From an uncultured virus (IMG/VR IMGVR_UViG_3300025732_000031) (Duplodnaviria; Heunggongvirae; Uroviricota; Caudoviricetes): 20,000 nt of DNA. The notes beneath the pieces are model-generated. The model saw only the letters and a program-made list of their open reading frames with translations. It searched no databases and was not told the DNA's origin. Below, in pieces: positions 8,504 through 16,083 of this stretch. Position 1 is the stretch's first letter; each line of letters opens with the position of its first letter. A program made the translations under genes and the position numbers. The stretch is from IMG/VR virus record IMGVR_UViG_3300025732_000031; one strand, 5' to 3'.

Positions 8504-9661
8504 TTATATAAGATTTTGATAAATTGTTTCAAATAATTTATAAATTTGTGTTTGTGACACAAATTGACTATTTCCTATGTATAATCCTTGCTCATGTAAT
8601 ACATCAACATTATATTTTTGTCTCTTAACACCAAATTCGTATTTGATTAAAAATGGTTGTTTTAAAAGATTTCCACTAACTATTGGTCTATGTTCAATTT
8701 GATATTGATCAAATACATCAATTAATTTATGCTTAATTTCCATGTTTTTACAAATAAAAGGAAAAGCATAATTACTATTTCCAAACTGATTATCTATTGA
8801 ATAAAATAAATTTTCTTGTTCATTGATTAGTTTAGTAAAGAATTTAAAATTTTGTCGTCTAGTTTCTATGAACGAATTGAGTCTAGGTAATTGCTGAATA
8901 CCCAAAAATGCATTTAATTCAGTACTTCTAAAATTATATCCATCAGTAACAAATAAAAATTGAGGATGAATACCAGGATATTTTTCTGTATATTTGTTTA
9001 AGTTTCCAGATTCTCTAGCTAGCCCATGACTTCTTTTCATACGCATAAGCTCATATAAATCGTCATCACTTGTTGTAACCATACCACCTTCTATAGTAGT
9101 CATGTGGTGACCAAAATAAAAACTAAATGTTCCTTTTTCTTTTCCTCTTAATTCACCCGTTTCACTTCTACATCCATGACTTTCACATACGTCTTCTAAA
9201 ATAATTGCATCAGGAAATATCTGTTTATATTTTTCATTCTCTGCGCTGAATCCTAGTAAGTGTGTTATGAAAATAGCTTTTATATCATGATTTTTCTTAA
9301 TAAGATTCATATGATCTAAATCAAAACTAAAATTAGTTAAATTTATATCGCAGAAAATTGGTGTCAATCCCAATTGAATTATTGGACTTATATTAGTAAC
9401 CCATGTGCATGCAGGAACTAATACTTTGTCACCTTCTTTTAAATTATATTTTTCTTTTATTGCAGCTAAAAGAAGAAAATTAGCAGTAGATCCAGAACTC
9501 ACCATTAACGAATGCTTAGAGCCTATCCACTCCGACCACATCTTTTCAAACTCACGAACTTTTTGCCCATTAGTATATCGGTCAGATGTTAGTATAAAAC
9601 TACATAGCTTTACTCTATCAGTAAACTTTATTGCATTTTTTATCAAAGGCCATTTAGACAT
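8504..9661 (-). CDS. DegT/DnrJ family PLP enzyme, ColD-like GDP-4-keto-6-deoxymannose 3-dehydratase
   Basis: SSGSTAN, EDVCES and SFYFGHHMTTIEGG (His at the usual Schiff-base Lys position, as in ColD/E1); start at 9661 overlaps the gmd stop. Confidence 0.85.
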   Translation of the reverse strand: MSKWPLIKNAIKFTDRVKLCSFILTSDRYTNGQKVREFEKMWSEWIGSKHSLMVSSGSTANFLLLAAIKEKYNLKEGDKVLVPACTWVTNISPIIQLGLTPIFCDINLTNFSFDLDHMNLIKKNHDIKAIFITHLLGFSAENEKYKQIFPDAIILEDVCESHGCRSETGELRGKEKGTFSFYFGHHMTTIEGGMVTTSDDDLYELMRMKRSHGLARESGNLNKYTEKYPGIHPQFLFVTDGYNFRSTELNAFLGIQQLPRLNSFIETRRQNFKFFTKLINEQENLFYSIDNQFGNSNYAFPFICKNMEIKHKLIDVFDQYQIEHRPIVSGNLLKQPFLIKYEFGVKRQKYNVDVLHEQGLYIGNSQFVSQTQIYKLFETIYQNLI

Positions 9662-10688
9662 ATTCTTTTTCCTTTTCGTTAAGATCATACGAGCACATTT
9701 CATTTACTAAGTCGACTATATTATATTTAGGAGTCCAATTTAAATCAGTATGAGCTTTAGTAGAATCTCCAATAAGATTGACAACATCTACCGGGCGGTA
9801 GAAAGCAGGATCTACAACTACTATTAATTTTCCTGTTTCTTTATCTACAGCGTGTTCATTTAGACCCTCACCAATCCATTCTAATTTGAACCCAAAAAAG
9901 TCAGCGGTTAAATTGCAAAATTGTCGTATTGAGTATTGCTTCTCAGAACTTATCACGTAATCATTGGGTTCGTTTTGTTGCAGCATCAACCACATAGCTT
10001 CTACATAATCTTTTGCATGTCCCCAGTCTCGAAGAGAATCTAAATTTCCAAGATGAATGGGGTAATGAACACGATTGTTTTTAATGTCTAAAAATATTTT
10101 TGCAAAACCACTAGTTATTTTTTTAGTAACAAATAACTCTCCTCTCCTAGGACTTTCATGATTAAACAATATTCCATTACATGCAAACATATTATAGCTC
10201 GATCTGTAATTGATTACAGACCAATGTGCAAACATTTTAGATATTCCATAAGGACTGGCGGGCATGAAATATGTATTCTCGTTTTGAGGAAATTCATCAG
10301 TCGTTCCAAACAATTCACTGGTGCTAGCTTGATAAAACTTTATATCTAGCTTTAGTTGCTTAATTGCTTCTAAGATACGAAGAGGACCCAATGAATTAAT
10401 ATCTGCGGTGTTAATGGGAAGGTCAAAACTAAGCTTCACATGGCTTTGCGCCGCAAGGTTATAGATTTCTTGCGGCTTAATGAGTTCTATACACCTAGTT
10501 ATAGAATTATAATCTGTAAGATCTAACTGGTGAAAGACGCAGTTATTTTTAATATGCTTGATATTTTTATGATCACGATCTGATTGTCTTCTTATTGTTC
10601 CATGAACTTCATAGTTTTGTTCACACAGCAGTTCAGCTAAATAAGAACCATCTTGGCCAGTAATACCGGTGATTAAAGCTTTTTTCAT
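9654..10688 (-). CDS. gmd: GDP-mannose 4,6-dehydratase
   Basis: ALITGITGQDGSYLAE, YNLAAQSHV, QASTSELFG, SPYGISK, NHESPRRG, RDWGHAKDYV. Confidence 0.96.
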   Translation of the reverse strand: MKKALITGITGQDGSYLAELLCEQNYEVHGTIRRQSDRDHKNIKHIKNNCVFHQLDLTDYNSITRCIELIKPQEIYNLAAQSHVKLSFDLPINTADINSLGPLRILEAIKQLKLDIKFYQASTSELFGTTDEFPQNENTYFMPASPYGISKMFAHWSVINYRSSYNMFACNGILFNHESPRRGELFVTKKITSGFAKIFLDIKNNRVHYPIHLGNLDSLRDWGHAKDYVEAMWLMLQQNEPNDYVISSEKQYSIRQFCNLTADFFGFKLEWIGEGLNEHAVDKETGKLIVVVDPAFYRPVDVVNLIGDSTKAHTDLNWTPKYNIVDLVNEMCSYDLNEKEKEYV

Positions 10689-10689
10689 A

Positions 10690-11040
10690 TTAAATACCAG
10701 TCTTCAATTCAGTCAATTCATTTGTAAAATATTTTTGTTGAAGCTTTCTTTTTAAGAAAAATCTTTGGTTATTAGCGTCATCTACAATTTTAGCGTCCAT
10801 ACTTATTTTTCTAATTCTTATATCATCTATCAAATCATAGATTTTTTTATTTGCATATATCATTTCATGATATATCTCAGATGCAATGATGCGATCAAAT
10901 GATTCATTTCCAATTTCTAATCGGACATGGTCATAGATCATCGAATAGTACTGACGATCTTTTAATGAATTATTTTTTTTAATTTCTAGAACACTTAGAT
11001 AGTCAAACGCATACGCTTCATCCACTAATAAATTTATCAT
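10690..11040 (-). CDS. Hypothetical protein associated with the sugar cluster
   Basis: 116 aa; stop abuts the gmd start; helical, with D.LSVLEIK and N..RF..K patterns. Confidence 0.7.
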   Translation of the reverse strand: MINLLVDEAYAFDYLSVLEIKKNNSLKDRQYYSMIYDHVRLEIGNESFDRIIASEIYHEMIYANKKIYDLIDDIRIRKISMDAKIVDDANNQRFFLKRKLQQKYFTNELTELKTGI

Positions 11041-11058
11041 AGTTAACCCATATATAAA

Positions 11059-11128
11059 AAGCCCAGCTTGGATTCGAACCTTGTCCTAGTCTTGTCGATC
11101 TGCACGTCCCACCGTACTGGCCGGGCTT
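11059..11128 (-). ncRNA. Degenerate tRNA-like RNA
   Basis: 9-bp closing stem AAGCCCGGC/GCTGGGCTT, D-arm-like GTACG-GTGGGA-CGTGC and canonical GGTTCGAATCC; T-stem has only 2 bp, no regular anticodon arm, no CCA. Confidence 0.45.
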
Positions 11129-11135
11129 AGCTTAT

Positions 11136-11615
11136 TTAAACTTTTTCTACTGCAATCCAGACTTCAAATTCCTTATAATCTGTATCATCGAGTCTTTTAA
11201 TAATATGCTTATACTTTATTCCGCTATCGAATAGCTCAGAAATATATTCATATGATTCACCCTCTGACAATCGGGCTCTATGATCACTCTGCTGAAATGC
11301 ATATGCGCCCATCCCACCACTATTGAATACTACAAGAGGATATCCTAGCCAAGGATTAAAACAAGAGAATGAAACACAATATTTACCTTGTTCTAACACT
11401 TGCCCATCAACATCACCATAGATATCCGATGAACCACCTGTGTACCATCTGGTATTATTGTTTTTACCAATCTTCTCGTGACATAGACCCCATTCAGTAG
11501 AACCATCATCATCTGTGGAACAGCTACCATTATCATCTGTCGTAAGCCATGGTTCGGCCCATTCGGTACTACATTCTTTTCCTGCTCGCAAAACTACTCT
11601 AGTTGCTTTAGTCAT
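11136..11615 (-). CDS. Hypothetical protein (acidic, W/C/G-rich, beta-rich)
   Basis: 159-aa ORF in operon context. Confidence 0.65.
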   Translation of the reverse strand: MTKATRVVLRAGKECSTEWAEPWLTTDDNGSCSTDDDGSTEWGLCHEKIGKNNNTRWYTGGSSDIYGDVDGQVLEQGKYCVSFSCFNPWLGYPLVVFNSGGMGAYAFQQSDHRARLSEGESYEYISELFDSGIKYKHIIKRLDDTDYKEFEVWIAVEKV

Positions 11616-11629
11616 AATATATCACTTTC

Positions 11630-11749
11630 TTATTTAAAGATATCTATTTTTTCTTCTATGATTTGTTGAATACGCTTGGCGAATTCAGGCTGAGGTAAGT
11701 TCCAACCGATGAATGCACCGACAGCTAACCAAAATAATGTGCTTAACAT
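11630..11749 (-). CDS. Small membrane protein (39 aa), not in ORF track
   Basis: MLSTLFWLAVGAFIGWNLPQPEFAKRIQQIIEEKIDIFK*; GAGG SD upstream; hydrophobic N-terminus. Confidence 0.75.
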   Translation of the reverse strand: MLSTLFWLAVGAFIGWNLPQPEFAKRIQQIIEEKIDIFK

Positions 11750-11762
11750 GTATAACCTCTTA

Positions 11763-12395
11763 TTACTTAGGAGCAGCTGCAGCCAACTTAGCTTTCAACG
11801 TAGCTAGCTTGCTGTTCCAAATATTGGTTGCAAATCTTGGATTAGTATGACCGAGTCTCTTTGCCCAACCGGGTTGGATTGTATATGCATTGCGATGATC
11901 GACCCAGTTACCATTCTCGTCTACGATATAATCGCGTGAGAGAAACGCAGCCTTGGTTTCTTGATTGGACCACTTACTTACCTTAGCTTCACATTCTTCA
12001 AACGTTGTAGCCATTGGGATCTGAGTAATCTTGTCTGGTGCACCACATCGATTGTTCCAATAAGGAAGCTCTTCGGGCGTCTGTGCAGTCTTAATCTGCC
12101 ATTTACCACGAGCGATGTTAGCATGCAAAGTAGTGGATCGATCAACTTCTGCGTTGATTGCTTCTAACGTGGGGAACCTAAATCCCTTACCCTGCATACT
12201 AGCCCAGCATGCATCCATCTGCGCTTTGGTTGGGTTTGGGCCTAAACCAGATGCATTCGGCCGGCAAAGAACAATGTTACTTATGATGGGCCAAATAACT
12301 GTGTCTCGATAAATCTTCTTATCAGTTGCTAGCTGGTCAGCAAAAGACACTTGTGCAAAAACTGCGCACAGTACAGCAAAGATAATCTTCTTCAT
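11763..12395 (-). CDS. Exported hypothetical protein with Sec signal peptide
   Basis: MKKIIFAVLCAVFAQVSFA|D signal peptide; AAGGAG SD; four Cys in the mature part. Confidence 0.75.
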   Translation of the reverse strand: MKKIIFAVLCAVFAQVSFADQLATDKKIYRDTVIWPIISNIVLCRPNASGLGPNPTKAQMDACWASMQGKGFRFPTLEAINAEVDRSTTLHANIARGKWQIKTAQTPEELPYWNNRCGAPDKITQIPMATTFEECEAKVSKWSNQETKAAFLSRDYIVDENGNWVDHRNAYTIQPGWAKRLGHTNPRFATNIWNSKLATLKAKLAAAAPK

Positions 12396-12425
12396 ATTAA
12401 TTTCTCCTTTAAATAATTAAATTGT

Positions 12426-12500
12426 TTAGCGGTTGTTGATGTAGAGTGTAATTTCAAAACCGAGTCTAAAATCTTCAAAAGTAGGTGTTGTCCAGTTCAT
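12426..12500 (-). CDS. pqqA: Pyrroloquinoline quinone precursor peptide PqqA
   Basis: 24 aa MNWTTPTFEDFRLGFEITLYINNR; W..P....R.GFE-x3-Y signature; AAGGAG SD just upstream; TATAAATA at 12556-12563. Confidence 0.92.
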   Translation of the reverse strand: MNWTTPTFEDFRLGFEITLYINNR

Positions 12501-12555
12501 GTTCTTCTCCTTGATCAAAATATGATTTTTTTTATAGTGTATACACTGCTCGTAA

Positions 12556-12563
12556 TATTTATA
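12556..12563 (-). promoter_or_regulatory. T4-type late promoter TATAAATA upstream of pqqA
   Basis: Exact consensus overlapping the speD stop codon. Confidence 0.6.
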
Positions 12564-12924
12564 CGTTATGTAAGTTCGTATATTCAGACCCGCGATCAAT
12601 ACAATCAACGCTGTATTCACCGATAACCATGTTGGTGATGATGTAATCGAAAGTGTCGTATGGGTTACAGTCTCCGCACATAAAGATATCCACAGCCATG
12701 TAACGATGTTCCGGCCAAGTATGAACGGATATGTGTGATTCAGCCAGAGCAACCACGCCGGTAACTCCCTCTCCCTGATCAAACTTATGGAAGTAACTAT
12801 GGAGAACCTCAGCACGAGCGAAAACAGCTCCGTCTTCCATCACTCTTTGCAAGAGGGCTTCGTCTTTCAGCTGCTCCTCGTCACACCCGTGACACTCAAG
12901 TATTACGTGTCTTCCTAATGGCAC
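12559..12924 (-). CDS. speD: Pyruvoyl-dependent S-adenosylmethionine decarboxylase proenzyme (class 1B)
   Basis: LGRHVILE, GVTGVVALAE|SHISVHTWPE self-cleavage motif, DIFMCG; GTG start. Confidence 0.9.
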   Translation of the reverse strand: MPLGRHVILECHGCDEEQLKDEALLQRVMEDGAVFARAEVLHSYFHKFDQGEGVTGVVALAESHISVHTWPEHRYMAVDIFMCGDCNPYDTFDYIITNMVIGEYSVDCIDRGSEYTNLHNV

Positions 12925-13273
12925 TCTTTACTTTCTCCGTTACTTTCTTGAAAGCTTTATTTATCTTATCGTCAAACGTTTCGGGCTTTTTCTTATAGGC
13001 CTCGTACAGCCTATAGTGACTCCAGGGGTGGTCTCCTCTTTGAACTGGACAACCTAGGTCGACGTACATCTCAAAGTCACGCTTACTCATCTTATGATAC
13101 GGTGTATAGTCTGCCTTGAACATCTGCATGCCTTCTAGATCCTCGACCCAGTGATCGACGCGGTACGTGTCCTTCTTTAGGTCCTCGATAACCTCAGGCC
13201 GGTAGATCTTGCTCCTGTGCTCGTAGACTCTCTTTGCCGGCTTCTTACCCGTTGGCCACTCATAAGGTCTCAT
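12896..13273 (-). CDS. Hypothetical phage protein
   Basis: 125 aa; ATGA coupling to the upstream ORF. Confidence 0.65.
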   Translation of the reverse strand: MRPYEWPTGKKPAKRVYEHRSKIYRPEVIEDLKKDTYRVDHWVEDLEGMQMFKADYTPYHKMSKRDFEMYVDLGCPVQRGDHPWSHYRLYEAYKKKPETFDDKINKAFKKVTEKVKSAIRKTRNT

Positions 13274-13467
13274 ACACAGACTCTCCTCATCAACTCGTTC
13301 TTGATCGAGTCATATATCATACCCGGGATGCTCTGGTAGTCCTCATTCAGCTTGAACGGACACCCGCTCCATTTTCCAGTCTCCAAGAATCGCTGGAACA
13401 GCTTCAAATGAGTCGCATTCTTCGGATCAAACTCTGTCTTATTAAAAAGTCCATCAAAAGTCTTCAT
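13270..13467 (-). CDS. Hypothetical phage protein
   Basis: 65 aa; FDP....H...F..FL....W..CP pattern; AAGG SD. Confidence 0.65.
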   Translation of the reverse strand: MKTFDGLFNKTEFDPKNATHLKLFQRFLETGKWSGCPFKLNEDYQSIPGMIYDSIKNELMRRVCV

Positions 13468-13529
13468 ATCTTACCTTAAAAAGTGAAATTGAGTAATATA
13501 TATCTATACAAACTACTAAGGATCGTCAA

Positions 13530-13859
13530 ATGAACCGCTCAATACTCATACTTGCAGTTTTTTTATCATATTTTAGCGTCGCAACGGCTGATGAGTGCAC
13601 AAAATTGATTGACGTGATCGGCATAGCCGCCCAAAACAACGGTCTTGTGATGCCTATTGAGCGAGAACACGCTATTTTTCTGCATTACCTACGAATAATT
13701 CCGTTCGAAGTGCTGAATTCCAATGCTAAGTTCTATATCGAAGACCGCGGGGATCCTATGGTCCGCCTCTTTACCATGAGAAATGGCTGTGCAGGTCTTC
13801 AGTGGATGATCCCGAGGGACTTCTTAGCCCTTATGGGTCTTAAAGGTACTGCAGTCTAA
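13530..13859 (+). CDS. Exported hypothetical protein
   Basis: The only convincing plus-strand gene; AAGGA SD; signal peptide ending ATA|D. Confidence 0.65.
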   Translation: MNRSILILAVFLSYFSVATADECTKLIDVIGIAAQNNGLVMPIEREHAIFLHYLRIIPFEVLNSNAKFYIEDRGDPMVRLFTMRNGCAGLQWMIPRDFLALMGLKGTAV

Positions 13860-13952
13860 CCTCCGATGACCGTTTTTCAGCAATTTTTTTCCCGCGGGAA
13901 TTTTTAAACCAACCGAATCCCAACCGTTGACCTTGGTTCTTGGGCTGGGGAG

Positions 13953-13991
13953 ATACGAGAGTCCTTGGTGGGTATACGAGAGTCCTTGGTG
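13953..13991. repeat. Tandem 18-bp direct repeat ATACGAGAGTCCTTGGTG x2
   Basis: Copies at 13953-13970 and 13974-13991 (21-bp period). Confidence 0.85.
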
Positions 13992-14091
13992 ATTGGCGAT
14001 GGAGGACTAGGGAACCCATCCATGGGGTCCCCAGCCGCCGCATATGGGACCCGGAAACCGCCATGGCCATGGTCAGTCCCGGGCAGTCACC

Positions 14092-14208
14092 TTACAACCA
14101 TCCGTAAAGTGGGCTACTGGCCACACCGTACCACACACCGGCACAGGCGATCGCACCAACGATGATGGCCACCACCAACTCCTTGAGGAACTCTTTGAAC
14201 TTAACCAT
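14092..14208 (-). CDS. Small membrane peptide (38 aa), not in ORF track
   Basis: MVKFKEFLKELVVAIIVGAIACAGVWYGVASSPLYGWL*; GAGGAG SD; 3 nt after the stop of 14212..14433. Confidence 0.65.
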   Translation of the reverse strand: MVKFKEFLKELVVAIIVGAIACAGVWYGVASSPLYGWL

Positions 14209-14211
14209 GGC

Positions 14212-14433
14212 TTACTCCTCTCCCCATGGGCTGAGTTCAAACTCTTCTTCCGTGTGGTCCTCCATGGCCTTGATGTACCGCTTACAGAGCATGAGCATAT
14301 GCTCCATTGCGTGCTGCTCGTACTCGTTACTCTCCTTATACACGGTGCTATAACCATCCTCCTCGAGGCGGCGAACGCAGTCCAGGAGGTCGCCGTAGGT
14401 GTTCTCAAATTGACAATAACTCATGTTAGCCAT
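14212..14433 (-). CDS. Early hypothetical protein (cassette 1)
   Basis: MANMSYCQFENT N-terminus, a recurrent small phage protein type; follows repeat 1. Confidence 0.75.
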   Translation of the reverse strand: MANMSYCQFENTYGDLLDCVRRLEEDGYSTVYKESNEYEQHAMEHMLMLCKRYIKAMEDHTEEEFELSPWGEE

Positions 14434-14499
14434 TAGTCTTTACCTTTACTTGATTATGGGTCTATAGTACTATGAGTATGAAATTAAGTACAGGGCTAA

Positions 14500-14715
14500 T
14501 TACTGGACTTCAGCTCGTAGCCATGGCGCTGCAGGGACTAGCTTAGCGGTAGTACCGGACTGGATCCAGGCCTCGCCCTCGTCTGCCAGCTGGTCGAGGA
14601 TCTCAGACTTGTTCAGGAAGGGGTTCATGAAGAGCAGCTCGTTGAGGCTGGTCCTGAGCTTGAGTTGCAGGCCATTCTCATTGGTGACGGTGATGGAGAG
14701 GGTAGGATTAGACAT
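14500..14715 (-). CDS. Early hypothetical protein (cassette 2, gene b)
   Basis: 71 aa; TAATG coupling with the upstream gene; GAGGTG SD. Confidence 0.7.
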   Translation of the reverse strand: MSNPTLSITVTNENGLQLKLRTSLNELLFMNPFLNKSEILDQLADEGEAWIQSGTTAKLVPAAPWLRAEVQ

Positions 14716-14927
14716 TAGGCCACCTCGACATGGTGACCGGCCACATCGACCACTCTGAGGTCCCTTTCCCTGAGCTCCACGTAGATGGCGTTGATCAGCT
14801 GCTCCAGCCGTTCGTTCGTCATGTACTCGATGAAGCCCTTGTCCAGGATGGTCTTGCTCATAGCGGCTGCTTCGAGCGCCTTGTTCATGCTCCAGCCGCG
14901 GACGTTGCCCAGGTTGATAGTATCCAT
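14715..14927 (-). CDS. Early hypothetical protein (cassette 2, gene a)
   Basis: SD GAGGA favours ATG 14927 (MDTINLG); alternative in-frame ATG at 14945. Confidence 0.7.
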   Translation of the reverse strand: MDTINLGNVRGWSMNKALEAAAMSKTILDKGFIEYMTNERLEQLINAIYVELRERDLRVVDVAGHHVEVA

Positions 14928-14967
14928 GTTTGTTCCTCGTTTCATTATATGAAATTAAGTACAGGGG

Positions 14968-15438
14968 TTAGGCCAGAACGGCATCACCAGATACCTTAGC
15001 GTTATCAGACACCCTAGCGTTACCATACACCCTAGCGTTATCAGACACCCTAGCGTTATCAGACACCCTAGCATTACCATACACCCTAGCGTTATCATAG
15101 ACTAAAGCGTTATCATAGACTAAAGCGTTATCATAGACTAAAGCGTTACCAAACACCGAAGCGTTATCAAACACAATAGCGTTATCAGACACCGAAGCGT
15201 TATCAAACACAATAGCGTCACCAAACACCCTAGCGTTACCATATACCCAAGCGTTATCAGACACCGAAGCGTTATCAGACACCCAAGCGTTATCATACAC
15301 CTGAGCGTCACCAAACACCTTAGCATCAGGTCCAACGTAGGCTGTATCAGCCACTGTAGCCGTGTCAGCCACCCAACCGCGCCCATTGGGGTGCTGATGG
15401 GCTGGAACTGGACCGTTGCCAAAGTCGAAAGTGTTCAT
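14968..15438 (-). CDS. Left-handed beta-helix hexapeptide-repeat protein (cassette 3)
   Basis: [20 protein letters not shown] head followed by ~20 V[SYF][DG]NA[x] hexapeptides encoded by 18-bp tandem repeats. Confidence 0.85.
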   Translation of the reverse strand: MNTFDFGNGPVPAHQHPNGRGWVADTATVADTAYVGPDAKVFGDAQVYDNAWVSDNASVSDNAWVYGNARVFGDAIVFDNASVSDNAIVFDNASVFGNALVYDNALVYDNALVYDNARVYGNARVSDNARVSDNARVYGNARVSDNAKVSGDAVLA

Positions 15439-15499
15439 GTTTGTTCCTTGTTTCATATTATGGTTCTATTGTATCATTATATGAAATTAAGTACAGGGC

Positions 15500-15766
15500 T
15501 TACCGGATGGGAGCGATGTAGACGTCGACCCGGCTAGCGTGCTTAATCTTAATCTCCTGGCCACAGTACCGATGGAGCGGGCCAGCCGCACCATAGAGGG
15601 GAGCATATGGGTTGTTCCGGCCCAGTCGGCCACGAACCCGCACGCGATACTTTTGACCAGGTCGCTTGTTACCCTTACGAACAGTAGCTCTAATCAGATC
15701 GATGGTAGCCTGAAAGCTCGGGTCGCTGGTGGAGAGGGTGTCGACGTAGCTGGAGGTGCGATTCAC
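15500..15766 (-). CDS. Early basic hypothetical protein (cassette 4)
   Basis: GTG start after AAAGGAACAAAA; YRVRVRGRLGRNNP...VDVYI. Confidence 0.7.
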   Translation of the reverse strand: MNRTSSYVDTLSTSDPSFQATIDLIRATVRKGNKRPGQKYRVRVRGRLGRNNPYAPLYGAAGPLHRYCGQEIKIKHASRVDVYIAPIR

Positions 15767-15838
15767 TTTTGTTCCTTTACTCATTGTGTAGTACCATTGT
15801 ATCATTATATGAAATTAAGTACACCCTGTACTTATTTC

Positions 15839-16015
15839 TTATTCTATGGTAGAGTCTTCCTCTTCTTCTTCCATCAGGTCGGCAAGGTTGGCATAAAAGA
15901 ACTCCTTCATATCATCCTCCGAGCACCAACTGGCCAGGGCGGCCGCCAACCACTTGGGGTCAATCACGCCCTCGTCCATTAGGTCAAGGACTTTATAGGT
16001 GAATTTACGTGCCAT
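15839..16015 (-). CDS. Early acidic hypothetical protein (cassette 5)
   Basis: ATG after AAAGGAAACAAC; MARKFTYKVLDLMDEGV...SEDDMKEF. Confidence 0.75.
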   Translation of the reverse strand: MARKFTYKVLDLMDEGVIDPKWLAAALASWCSEDDMKEFFYANLADLMEEEEEDSTIE

Positions 16016-16083
16016 GTTGTTTCCTTTTTTCATTTGATGGATCCATTATATCATTATATGAAAATAAGTACACCCCTAAAATT

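Noticed and set aside
7809..11040. Bacterial O-antigen locus, implying the window is chromosomal
   Set aside because: The flanks show T4-like late promoters and phage-type genes, and no wzx/wzy or housekeeping genes are present
11059..11128. Calling a canonical tRNA with an anticodon
   Set aside because: No 5-bp T-stem, no 7-nt anticodon loop on a regular stem and no CCA; kept only as tRNA-like
12426..12815. 129-aa ORF from the track
   Set aside because: It overlaps speD out of frame; only the last 24 codons have an SD and the PqqA signature
13840..14436. Overlapping ORFs 13840..14070, 13965..14165, 14044..14436, 14073..14408, 14162..14353
   Set aside because: No RBS and low-complexity R/P/S-rich translations; better explained by 14212..14433, 14092..14208 and a non-coding boundary
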